A stretch of 56,983 nucleotides of DNA from Candidatus Omnitrophota bacterium (GTDB taxonomy: Bacteria; Omnitrophota; Gorgyraeia; 2-01-FULL-45-10), in assembly GCA_018823705.1 (NCBI GenBank), contig JAHJHP010000081.1:1-56983 (forward strand), written 5' to 3'. The notes below the pieces were generated by a model, which searched no databases, was not told the origin of the DNA, and was given only the letters and a program-made list of their open reading frames with translations. Made by a program: the position numbers and the translations under genes. The number at the start of each line of letters is the position of its first letter. Positions within the stretch are counted from its first letter, which is position 1. Shown here one piece after another: positions 16,819 through 25,553 of the stretch.

Positions 16819-17235
16819 CTACACGTCAAATATTATCTCTACCTCGCAAGCCCCATCGGACGCCTTTATCTTCAGGCCGCTGTATGTGGCAGCTTTTATC
16901 TCTGTTTTTAAACGGTTCCTGTTGGCTCCCACCGGCCGGCCTGTCGCTCTTGCCTTAAGCCTTGTCCCGGTCAACTCCTCTATCTGAAATTTATAGAATA
17001 TCAGTTGTTTTGTGTAAAAATTATACAGAAGCTCATCGAGCCATGCCACCAGAAGCGCTTCCCTGTCGGGAGCCTCCAGCTCAAAGTCCTCTACGGTATC
17101 GCCGGAAAGGTTTTCCAGATCGGCTATTATATCGAACATCGCGAACGCGGCGTTTTCAAACAATTCCTTCGGATCTTTACCATATACGCGCACGCCTATA
17201 TCCGCCGTGTGCGGGAATTGCTCATAGCGCTTCAT
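16819..17235 (-). CDS. Archease (RtcB activator)
   Basis: 138 aa. N-terminal FPHTADIGVRVYG signature. Confidence 0.9.
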   Translation of the reverse strand: MKRYEQFPHTADIGVRVYGKDPKELFENAAFAMFDIIADLENLSGDTVEDFELEAPDREALLVAWLDELLYNFYTKQLIFYKFQIEELTGTRLKARATGRPVGANRNRLKTEIKAATYSGLKIKASDGACEVEIIFDV

Positions 17236-17240
17236 GGTTT

Positions 17241-17290
17241 AGATTGCTTCGTCAGAAAATAGCCTAACAATATTTTCCTCGCAATGACGG
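17241..17290 (+). repeat. Dispersed intergenic repeat unit
   Basis: AGATTGCTTCGTCAGAAAATAGCCTAACAATATTTTCCTCGCAATGACGG. Ends 5 nt from the archease start codon. Confidence 0.8.
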
Positions 17291-17369
17291 AGTTCTTCTG
17301 TAACCGGACTGTTACCATGGTTTTCATATTCGTATTTTACTCTCACGAAAGAGCTCTATCAAGGTATTT

Positions 17370-19400
17370 TTAAGAGTAGCGGCCTGTCACTCTTTTCAGG
17401 AGGGAATTCTTATCATAGACAGGCATAATGCCGTCGCTATCATCCAGGTCTATATCGGGATCTTCAATGGGTTCGAATATCACTTTCTGGTCGAGGCCCC
17501 CCAGGACATTGGGCGCGTCCAGAAAACGGGATATCTTATTGAATTGGGTGATGCCTCCCCTGGAGCCTTCGTGGCTCATCGACAGGAAGAGCCTGTTCTT
17601 TGCCCTGGTCACCGCTACATAGAACAGGCGGCTCTCTTCTTCTATATCTTCTTCACTGTCGAGGGCGAAGCTCGAAGGCAGCACCCCGTCGACAAGACTT
17701 ATTAGAAATACCGAATCCCACTCAAGGCCTTTTGAGGAATGTATGGTGGATAGCGTCAGCGGCTTCTCCTCGTGCTTCGCGGAGGGTTCGACCTTCCATA
17801 CGCCTCTATCCGGAGGCTCTATTGCGAAGTCCGCGAGAAGCTGTTCGAGCTCATCATAGCGCGCGGCTATCTGCCTCAAGGTCTCCAGGTCATTGATGCG
17901 AATGTGCCAATCATCAAATTTCTCCTTCATGAGCGGCAGATAATAGTCGAGCGCTATATCGTAAAGAGAGCCGGGAAGGGCCCTGCAGCTCACCGCCGAT
18001 TTAAGGAATGCTTTTAATTTCCATAGATTTCCGGATGATTTGCCGAACTTGTCATTGCCGGAGAGCGTCTTTCCTATAACGTCCTCCAGAGATGCCTTTG
18101 CCATTATATCTTCCGTGATCCTATCGGCAGTCTTTGTCCCGATGCCTTCGATCAAAGTCAGCATCCTGTGCCAGGCGATCTCGTCTTTTACGTTCAATAC
18201 CACCTTCATGTGAGCCAGGAGGTCCTTGACATGCGCGGTCTCATAAAATTTAAGTCCGCCGAAGACCTGGTATTGAATGCCGTTCTTGCTGAGTTCAGCC
18301 TGCAGTGGTATTGAAACATATGCGGAACGGAATAAGACCGCCTGATGGTGCACATCAAGGCCTTCATCTCTCAGCTCTTTTATCTTAGCCACTATCCATG
18401 CCGCCTCATCGTAAACATTCTTAAAGAAGCTTAATTTCGGCTTTTCCACACTCTCTTTTCTGGTCGCCATAAGGCACTTCGAGTATTTGTTATCCATATT
18501 CTCCAGGACAGAGTTCGCGACATCGAGGATCTCCTGGGTGCTCCTGTAGTTTTCCTCAAGAGTTATTATCCTGCAATTGTCAAACTTCCCGGGAAAATCC
18601 ATTATATTCTTATGCGAGGAGCCCCTGAACCCGTATATCGACTGGGCGTCGTCGCCCACTATCATTATATTCTTATGTTCTTTAGCGAGAAGATAGGATA
18701 TGTCGCCCTGCAGCATATTCGTGTCCTGATACTCGTCGACCATCACATACCTGTATTTATCGGAAAGCTTTTTGCGTACTTCATCGACCTCGAGGAGCAG
18801 TTTCATGTATACCAGGAGATCGTCGTAATCCATATAGTTCTTATGGATCTTATAAGCTGTGTATTCTCCCTTAAGGGCCTCGATCTCTTTGGCGAACTCC
18901 ATGAAGTGGGGGTACTCTTTTTCCAGGATCGCGACGATGGAGAGGCCTTTATTGACGGACATGCTTATCACGCTGCGCAGGGTATCTTTCTTTGGCGACT
19001 TCTTATCCTTATTGACGAGGCCCACCTTTACGGCGCACCTGTGTATCGCCTCTGCCGCGTCCGATTCGTCGAGTATTGAAAACAGGTTGGATAGTCCGAG
19101 GACTTTCGCGTACTTCTTTAAAATCTTAAAAGCGAACGAATGAAAAGTCCCGCCATCGACGCGCCTGCAACGGCTGTCGTGCTTTGTAGCGCGGGTAAGC
19201 ATTTCATGGGAAGCTTTTCTGGTGAATGTAAGGAGAAGGATGGACTCGGGACGGATGCCGCTCTCTATCATGTGGAGAACGCGGTACTCGATGGCGCGCG
19301 TCTTACCACTGCCGGCGCCCGCTATAACGAGAACGGGGCCGTCCATAGTTCTGACAGCTTCATACTGCGAAGGGTTGAGCTTGCGTTTAAGGTCTTCCAC
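17370..19400 (-). CDS. UvrD/PcrA/Rep-family SF1 DNA helicase
   Basis: 676 aa. Walker A AGAGSGKT, DEYQDT, and motifs III-VI (GDDAQSIYGFRG, VTRAK). Confidence 0.9.
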   Translation of the reverse strand: MEDLKRKLNPSQYEAVRTMDGPVLVIAGAGSGKTRAIEYRVLHMIESGIRPESILLLTFTRKASHEMLTRATKHDSRCRRVDGGTFHSFAFKILKKYAKVLGLSNLFSILDESDAAEAIHRCAVKVGLVNKDKKSPKKDTLRSVISMSVNKGLSIVAILEKEYPHFMEFAKEIEALKGEYTAYKIHKNYMDYDDLLVYMKLLLEVDEVRKKLSDKYRYVMVDEYQDTNMLQGDISYLLAKEHKNIMIVGDDAQSIYGFRGSSHKNIMDFPGKFDNCRIITLEENYRSTQEILDVANSVLENMDNKYSKCLMATRKESVEKPKLSFFKNVYDEAAWIVAKIKELRDEGLDVHHQAVLFRSAYVSIPLQAELSKNGIQYQVFGGLKFYETAHVKDLLAHMKVVLNVKDEIAWHRMLTLIEGIGTKTADRITEDIMAKASLEDVIGKTLSGNDKFGKSSGNLWKLKAFLKSAVSCRALPGSLYDIALDYYLPLMKEKFDDWHIRINDLETLRQIAARYDELEQLLADFAIEPPDRGVWKVEPSAKHEEKPLTLSTIHSSKGLEWDSVFLISLVDGVLPSSFALDSEEDIEEESRLFYVAVTRAKNRLFLSMSHEGSRGGITQFNKISRFLDAPNVLGGLDQKVIFEPIEDPDIDLDDSDGIMPVYDKNSLLKRVTGRYS

Positions 19401-19739
19401 TCACATGGCCAAATTTTCACCATAAAATTCAGGCTCTGTGAGTATAGGCATGTAATCCCCCGGTATCGGAATCGGAAAGGTCGCCACTTCATATACTCCG
19501 ACCGACAATCTGACGGCGCTCATTCCGACGCCTTTCAGGACACCCCATGTAGCGGCCGCAAACAGGCCGAAATGATCATTCACATCCGCAAACTGCGTGT
19601 AAAGTTCCAAAGGAAATGTGAACAAATTACATATTCCGCGGCTCAGCTTCTTCACCGGGTCATTACAATACGCCGGGGACGTAAACGCCACCGTAAGCAA
19701 AAATACCACCAATGCGATTAAAATAGTCCGTCTGGCCAT
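19401..19739 (-). CDS. Small secreted protein, TIGR04073-like (exosortase-system-associated family)
   Basis: 112 aa with a signal peptide. PVKKLSRGICNLFTFPLE...GVGMSAVRLSVGVYEVATFPIP resembles that family. Its stop abuts the helicase ATG with no spacer. Confidence 0.55.
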   Translation of the reverse strand: MARRTILIALVVFLLTVAFTSPAYCNDPVKKLSRGICNLFTFPLELYTQFADVNDHFGLFAAATWGVLKGVGMSAVRLSVGVYEVATFPIPIPGDYMPILTEPEFYGENLAM

Positions 19740-19766
19740 CTTGACCCCCTTTCTAGTCAGATTATA

Positions 19767-20609
19767 TCACGAAATAGCGCGTTTTTTCGCGGCAATTACA
19801 ATAATTTCTCTACCCCACCAGTGGCCGGTCAATAAACTAAGGGCGTTCTTTGAGTGGTCTTCGCACCATATCTTAACGTCAAATCCGCTCAATAATCTTT
19901 TAAGCGTTTTTCGTGTGGTGACATTCACATGCATCTTCCTGTTGAGCTCGCCGCGATCCATGGCTACCCTGAAAATCTTTCCGGCCAGTTCTTTAAATGA
20001 CTTAGGCTTATATCTTCCCCTGAGTATCCTCATAGGCCATTTTATACAGTTACCCGGGATGTTCAATATCCGCTTAAGCGGCGATAATATCTTTTCGTAG
20101 AGATAATTAGGCGTCATGATGATCAATTTGCCATCGGGCGTGAGAATTTTATCTATCTTTTCGAATCCCTCCTTCAGCTGCCAATCATGCATATGCTCGG
20201 CGATTTCGATCATAAAGACGATGTCATATTTATCGGGCGGGTCGTAAGTTCCTATATCGCCGAGAATGGCTCTGGCGGAAGGCCGTAACGCCTCAGGAAG
20301 ACGCTCGATAGTCCTGGCGGCAATTTCGATAGCTGCGGGGCTGTAATCGATACCGCATGCCCTGGCGCCCCGCTTTACGCAGTAGTAGACAAGTTCCGCG
20401 CGGCCGCAGCCTATATCGAGTATATTCTTCCCTTTGAGAGGTCCGGCAAGTCCCAGCGCCCGTTTAAATTTAGGATGCAGGTCGGTTTCAATGTTCCTTT
20501 CCCACTCCCTCCAACCCTCGTTATCCTTTAAAAAATAATCTTTATCATAGATGGACGGATCGACGATATTTCGAGGCGCGCGGTCTGTATCGCTTGTGAT
20601 TTCTTTCAA
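19767..20609 (-). CDS. Class I SAM-dependent methyltransferase
   Basis: ILDIGCGRAELV motif I and a DIVFMIEIAEHM post-motif. Confidence 0.75.
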   Translation of the reverse strand: MKEITSDTDRAPRNIVDPSIYDKDYFLKDNEGWREWERNIETDLHPKFKRALGLAGPLKGKNILDIGCGRAELVYYCVKRGARACGIDYSPAAIEIAARTIERLPEALRPSARAILGDIGTYDPPDKYDIVFMIEIAEHMHDWQLKEGFEKIDKILTPDGKLIIMTPNYLYEKILSPLKRILNIPGNCIKWPMRILRGRYKPKSFKELAGKIFRVAMDRGELNRKMHVNVTTRKTLKRLLSGFDVKIWCEDHSKNALSLLTGHWWGREIIVIAAKKRAIS

Positions 20610-20667
20610 AATACGGGATTCTCCGATATTCTTATTATTCGATTATTATGGCGGGAGTATTCGTATC

Positions 20668-21036
20668 TCAATCCCCGTTTCCCAGCATGATTTTAATATC
20701 TTTCAGCAGCTTCTCTAAGTTGATAGGCTTGAGGATGATATCGTTCACACCCATTTTTTTAAATCTATCCAAAGTCGGCGGATCATTCCACGCCGTGATC
20801 AATATATATAAGGTATCGGGGCTTATCTCTTTGGCTTTTTTAAAGAAATGCTCGCCATCCATATCCGATAATTTGTAATCAAATAATACCAGATCCGGCT
20901 TATCTTTTTTAATCACATCCAGCGCCTGGTCCGAAGACATTGCGACACAGACATTGTAATTGAATTCATGCAAAAAATCCCTTAATGATACGATGTACTG
21001 ATCCTCATCATCCAATATAAGGATTTTACGGGTCAT
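20668..21036 (-). CDS. Stand-alone response-regulator receiver (CheY-like)
   Basis: 122 aa. DDE acidic pocket, phospho-acceptor in LVLFDYKLSDMDG, conserved K in LKP. ATGA overlap with the kinase gene. Confidence 0.85.
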   Translation of the reverse strand: MTRKILILDDEDQYIVSLRDFLHEFNYNVCVAMSSDQALDVIKKDKPDLVLFDYKLSDMDGEHFFKKAKEISPDTLYILITAWNDPPTLDRFKKMGVNDIILKPINLEKLLKDIKIMLGNGD

Positions 21037-23117
21037 AACAGGCCTCCTTTAAAAACCAGCGTGAAAGTAGTGCCCTGGCCCTCCTGGCTCTCCACTTTAA
21101 TCCTGCCGTCATTCCTATCAACCATGATCTTTACAAGAGCGAGGCCGAGCCCTGTGCCTTTACCCGGGTCTTTTGTCGTAAAAAACGGCGTAAACAACTT
21201 ATCCCTGACCTCTTTTGGCATTCCACAACCATTATCAATGACCTTTATGGCAATCTCTCCATTGTCATTCTTATCGACGCTAACTACTATTTTACCTTTT
21301 TCACCGGTGATAGCATGAGAAGCATTCTTAATCAGATTGAAAAGGATCTGTTTTAATTGTCCTTTGTCAGCCACTGCATAAACCGGATCACACATAAACT
21401 TTTTCTCGATTTTACCGGCAGGCAGGATCATGCCGTGTTTAAGAACCGCCATGGTCTCATCGATAGCCTCGCCGATATTAACCTTATCAAAAACTATTTT
21501 TCTGTCCGGCTTCGCGAATTCGGACACCTGTTTTGTGATCTCGGATATTCTCTGAACATTGTCCAGGCAAACTTTTGTGATATCGCTGACCTCCGCCATG
21601 ATCTCGTCTTTGCTCTTATGATCCATCATGCCTTCTCTTGCCAGTATGCGAAACGTTTCCAGCTTGATCGTTATTATATTAAGCGGGTTGCCAACCTCAT
21701 GATTTATGCCCGTAGCGATCGTGCCCACAAGCGCCCTCTTCTCCGCGTCCGCCCTTTCATCGAATAGCTGGGCGTTCTTTAATGAAATAGACAGGGCGCC
21801 TGATAAGTCGGATAACGTGCCTATATCATCTTCCGTGTAATCTTCGTCGGACTTTTTCTTACCCAGACAGAGAAGGCCTATCAGCTCTTTTTGCGCCAAT
21901 AACGGGATTATCAACTCAGTGCCCATAACCTTCAGCCGATCTTGCTCCTGTGCTGAGACCAATTCATCGCTATCTGTCCTTATGATCTTACCCGTCTGAC
22001 TCAATATCTTGATCAACTGTGAGTTGGTCTCAACCTTATACCCTTTATTTTTAAATTCACTGGAGGCGACGAGGTCGTATCTGTTCGTGAATTTATTATG
22101 GATAAATATAGCGGCGCTCGTGGGACGTATCGATGACATAAAAAAATCTACCGTTGACTGGGCTATGCCGTTCATATTTAACACCATCGTCTTTAACTCA
22201 TCCATGAACTCTTTTATCAGATACTTATAATTATATCTTTTCTGGAATAGGTATTTATCAGTAACGCGAACTAATAATATTTCCATGGGACGAACTGTAA
22301 AAATTATTACGAGAGAACTGATTGCAAGCCCTAAAAGCCTGCCCCCTGCCAACATTTCCTGAGTTAAAAGAGTTATACTCACAAAGATGCCATATACGAT
22401 CACAAATAACGACGCGAAGACGACCGTCTTTTTTACGACAACCTCTATATCCATTAAGTGATGACGGATTATCGCGTAAGCTATGGATGCCACATAAACA
22501 GAAACGAGGATATTCCCGATGGGTAAAATGTTAACGTCGTACCATAAGGGATAATTTGTGGCGCCACCGATAAACCCTATGGCTGTGCCAAGAAAAACAT
22601 ATAATATCTGATTCCTTTTAAATCCGGATGCTACCCTGTACTCCCTGAACAACAGGACATGAGCATAGAATGTCAAGCCGATAAACATTATCAGGTAAAA
22701 AACATACGTAACGCCGGCAGAAGGCCAGTATGGGAAAATCATGCGAGGCTTCACATTTTTGACATACAGCGGGGTAAAATCCAATATTAAGAATATTACG
22801 CTCGCAAAATAACTGTAAACGATCGCCCTTATATGCTTTCTGCGTTTATCGATCAGGTTAATACAGAAGTGAAAAAATGTCGGGGGAATGAATATGGCGC
22901 CGGCCATTAAAACACGACACCATAATAATGCGGTATTTGCGGTGGTAGATATAAGCCAGAGGAAATAAAAATATGACCAAAAACCTACGCTGAAAGCAAA
23001 GTAAGCAAAACTTCTATTTGTCGGGGTTTTGACATTTCGTGACAACACGAAAACGCCGAGCAAAATACTCGTTATAGCATTGATAAGGCCACTGAGGGGA
23101 AAATAGAAATAATCCAT
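21033..23117 (-). CDS. Sensor histidine kinase: N-terminal 7TM-type membrane domain + GAF-like + HisKA/HATPase
   Basis: 694 aa with more than 7 TM helices in the first ~280 aa. H-box GINHEVGNPLN. N/G1/G2 boxes (NLIKNASHA, DNGCGM, GTGLGL). Confidence 0.85.
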   Translation of the reverse strand: MDYFYFPLSGLINAITSILLGVFVLSRNVKTPTNRSFAYFAFSVGFWSYFYFLWLISTTANTALLWCRVLMAGAIFIPPTFFHFCINLIDKRRKHIRAIVYSYFASVIFLILDFTPLYVKNVKPRMIFPYWPSAGVTYVFYLIMFIGLTFYAHVLLFREYRVASGFKRNQILYVFLGTAIGFIGGATNYPLWYDVNILPIGNILVSVYVASIAYAIIRHHLMDIEVVVKKTVVFASLFVIVYGIFVSITLLTQEMLAGGRLLGLAISSLVIIFTVRPMEILLVRVTDKYLFQKRYNYKYLIKEFMDELKTMVLNMNGIAQSTVDFFMSSIRPTSAAIFIHNKFTNRYDLVASSEFKNKGYKVETNSQLIKILSQTGKIIRTDSDELVSAQEQDRLKVMGTELIIPLLAQKELIGLLCLGKKKSDEDYTEDDIGTLSDLSGALSISLKNAQLFDERADAEKRALVGTIATGINHEVGNPLNIITIKLETFRILAREGMMDHKSKDEIMAEVSDITKVCLDNVQRISEITKQVSEFAKPDRKIVFDKVNIGEAIDETMAVLKHGMILPAGKIEKKFMCDPVYAVADKGQLKQILFNLIKNASHAITGEKGKIVVSVDKNDNGEIAIKVIDNGCGMPKEVRDKLFTPFFTTKDPGKGTGLGLALVKIMVDRNDGRIKVESQEGQGTTFTLVFKGGLL

Positions 23118-24193
23118 TACCCTATCCGCTGCCTGTTAACAGCAAATATATACTGCATTATTCCCTGCTGCTCATATTGGATTCTTAACTCTTTTTCTTT
23201 AAATCCTGCGTCTAAAAAAATCCTTTTGAATTCACGATCGGTCCTATAATTAAGGTTCCAATCTCCCACCCACTCCATAAAATGTACCGAAGGATTGCTG
23301 TATTTATCGTACATGTTTGAAACGGCCAGGATGCCGTTGTTTTTTAGAAGTTTTCTAAGATTACGTATGAGATGGGCTGAGACTTTATGGGAGAGATAAT
23401 CAAATAATCCCGTCGAATAGATAATATCGTACTTTTCCCGGGATCTCGATTCGATATTTTTTGCCGCTGCCATCCTTAATGCATTTTTTTTATAAAACCG
23501 AATACCCGAAAAGTCACTCAGTAATAACCTGGCATAATCTATGGCTTTGTCTTCATTATCGTAGCAATCAAAGCTTATATTTTTGCCCGATCGTATATTG
23601 TTCACGGATAGCACTTCTTTTACTTCCCGCGCAGAACCGCATGCAAGGTTCATGATCTTTATCGGACCGCTTTTTTTGCTGGCGATGGAATCAATGATCA
23701 ATCTTTTAAAATCTTCCTTACGGTTTCTTACCGCGACGCAAACTGCTGACATCTGATAATAATTGTCGAATAACCTGTCGAAACCCGTCGTCAATGGGTT
23801 ATTTTGGTATATGTCATCTATTATTTTGAAATCTCCGGCATATCCGTACGGTTTACGCAAACTCCATTCTATGTATGTGCCCCTCATGAAGAGCTGCCTG
23901 ATTTTATTAATAAACAGCCTCTTGAGCTTATAAACTTTATGGGCTTGTCCTTTATTAAAATTGCTCTTTTCAAAATTCATTATGTCGTGGAAAATACCGT
24001 TAATTTCGGTGTTGAATTCGCATTGAAACTTACCCCAGTCTTCCGGTTTCCCGGCCAAATGGCGCTCCACCTCCCGCGCTCTCTTCTTATATAGTTTAAT
24101 TTTAGTCCGTAGCGACGCCTCTATCGCGCATAGGCCCAGGGTTAGCGTTGTGGGTGCAGTTTTTATTTCAAGTTCATCGACTACCATCATCAC
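23117..24193 (-). CDS. SAM-dependent methyltransferase with helical N-terminal extension; PhcB-like candidate signal synthase
   Basis: 358 aa. KPYGYAGDFKIIDDIY block followed by MNLACGSAREV (motif I) and DIIYSTGLFDYL. 1-nt TAATG overlap with the kinase. Confidence 0.6.
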   Translation of the reverse strand: MMMVVDELEIKTAPTTLTLGLCAIEASLRTKIKLYKKRAREVERHLAGKPEDWGKFQCEFNTEINGIFHDIMNFEKSNFNKGQAHKVYKLKRLFINKIRQLFMRGTYIEWSLRKPYGYAGDFKIIDDIYQNNPLTTGFDRLFDNYYQMSAVCVAVRNRKEDFKRLIIDSIASKKSGPIKIMNLACGSAREVKEVLSVNNIRSGKNISFDCYDNEDKAIDYARLLLSDFSGIRFYKKNALRMAAAKNIESRSREKYDIIYSTGLFDYLSHKVSAHLIRNLRKLLKNNGILAVSNMYDKYSNPSVHFMEWVGDWNLNYRTDREFKRIFLDAGFKEKELRIQYEQQGIMQYIFAVNRQRIG

Positions 24194-25067
24194 CCCTATT
24201 TTTTATAAGCCCTTGCCTTACGCACTCTTTAGCCACGCTATCCACAAGTTTTTGATTTGATATCCTTAATCTTTCGTCATCCATGGCATTCTGGTTGCAA
24301 TATCTAATCCCTTCTTTTTCAAGCTCTTTTAATTCGGAATCGGTTTTAGGGAACAGCCCATGCAATATTATTGCTTTAGGTTTATGGCTTGACTTCATCA
24401 TGAGGCCGGCAAGTTCTTTTGTGTCGTCCATACTGAATAATGAATCGTACATTATGACTATATCCGGTTGGTAATCATACAGATGGTTTAAACCGTCCTC
24501 ATCGCCGTACACAACCTTTGTTTCGTACTCTCCCTCCACAATACCGGATGCGGCAAAGAAACCACAGGTAAAACCGTATACGATTGGGCTTGGCTCGATA
24601 AATAACAGCCTTGCCTTAGGCGTCTTCTTAGACGTTATATCCTCTTTCTCTTTTGACGGGTAGACCCGCGTATCTCTCTTCGGATCATCTATAACATAAC
24701 GGATCCTGTCGATTAGCTTTGACAGGTCTATCGGTTTTGCAAAAAAACCGTCTACGCCTATATTTTCGACTTCCTGTTTTATCTCTTTATCGTGGGCGGT
24801 CATTATGATTACTTTGGCTTTGGAATTACTATTGCGAAGATGTTTCAGAATCTGTATACCGTCAACACCGGGCATTCTGACATCGAGAAGTATCAGATCC
24901 GGGCTTTTAATGGAATTGATGATATTTAATGCCTCAGTGCCATCGAGCGCCGTTAACATATCGTAACCTAATGCGGTAAAGAAGCCTTTTAAGCTCATCG
25001 TAACTTCTTTTTCATCATCAACTACCAGAATCACGCCTTTTTCTTTATAATCGTTCATCGCAAACAT
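24174..25067 (-). CDS. Response regulator: canonical REC + C-terminal REC-like (pseudo-receiver) domain, no DNA-binding output
   Basis: 297 aa. N-terminal VVDDE...LILLDVRMPGVDG...AKP. The second half repeats the flavodoxin-like beta/alpha pattern (RLLFIEP..DIVIMYDS..AIILHG). Confidence 0.75.
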   Translation of the reverse strand: MFAMNDYKEKGVILVVDDEKEVTMSLKGFFTALGYDMLTALDGTEALNIINSIKSPDLILLDVRMPGVDGIQILKHLRNSNSKAKVIIMTAHDKEIKQEVENIGVDGFFAKPIDLSKLIDRIRYVIDDPKRDTRVYPSKEKEDITSKKTPKARLLFIEPSPIVYGFTCGFFAASGIVEGEYETKVVYGDEDGLNHLYDYQPDIVIMYDSLFSMDDTKELAGLMMKSSHKPKAIILHGLFPKTDSELKELEKEGIRYCNQNAMDDERLRISNQKLVDSVAKECVRQGLIKNRGDDGSR

Positions 25068-25103
25068 CCCTTTCCGCTTTAATTACCGTTGGCTATTTCT
25101 TCG

Positions 25104-25274
25104 CTATTGGTTATCCAGCCATTTATCAAGCTCATTCTTCCTATACCTATACTGTCTTCCTACCCGATGAGCGGGAAACTTCCCGTTCTTCATGAGAGTG
25201 TATAAGGTGACCCTGGAAATCCTCAGGTATTTTATCGCCTCCTGCGTAGTCATCAATTTTTCCATAACCGCCAT
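25104..25274 (-). CDS. Small excisionase/MerR-type HTH (HTH_17) DNA-binding protein
   Basis: Start taken at ATG 25274 behind GGGAGG. MTTQEAIKYLRISRVTLYTLMKNGKFPAHRVGRQYRYRKNELDKWL is the Xis-family HTH pattern. Confidence 0.7.
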   Translation of the reverse strand: MAVMEKLMTTQEAIKYLRISRVTLYTLMKNGKFPAHRVGRQYRYRKNELDKWLDNQ

Positions 25275-25311
25275 CCTTTGATAGCCTCCCACCAATTACA
25301 TGCTTGTATAT

Positions 25312-25369
25312 CATTGTCTAAGCAAGACAATGTAAGCTAAAGTATATCCGATATGCTCAAAAAAAGCAA
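25312..25369 (-). promoter_or_regulatory. Promoter TTGCTT-17-TATACT plus downstream operator-like palindrome
   Basis: Minus strand -35 at 25364-25369 and -10 at 25341-25346. Palindrome CATTGTCT-aagca-AGACAATG (25312-25332) lies between -10 and the HTH gene. Confidence 0.5.
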
Positions 25370-25411
25370 ATGGGTTCACAAGAAAAACGGAAAAATCAGA
25401 AATCAGGAGGC

Positions 25412-25460
25412 AAAAAAGCCCGCCTACCGTAAATCTTTTACATTTACCCGATAGGCGGGC
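25412..25460 (-). terminator. Intrinsic terminator of the hss-CHASE kinase operon
   Basis: Minus strand GCCCGCCTA ... TAGGCGGGC stem (with inner GTAAAT/ATTTAC pairing) followed by TTTTTT. Confidence 0.7.
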
Positions 25461-25553
25461 AAAACACTTTGACGCTCATAAGCGTCTTAACAGAAGTATA
25501 TCATGAATTATGAAAAAAACAAGCTACGCGGGGCGAATATGCCGATATTATAT

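Noticed and set aside
17255-17270. Integron attC-like core (GCCTAAC) within the dispersed repeat, suggesting a cassette array
   Set aside because: No matching GTTRRRY partner lies at an appropriate distance, there is no imperfect attC palindrome, and there is no intI gene. The flanking genes (archease, helicase, serS) are housekeeping.
20668-25295. Chemotaxis-type CheR/CheB or exosortase PrsK/PrsR interpretation of the two-component/methyltransferase operon
   Set aside because: There are no MCP, CheA/CheW or CheB domains. The methyltransferase lacks the CheR N-terminal helical signature, and no sigma-54 activator domain is present.
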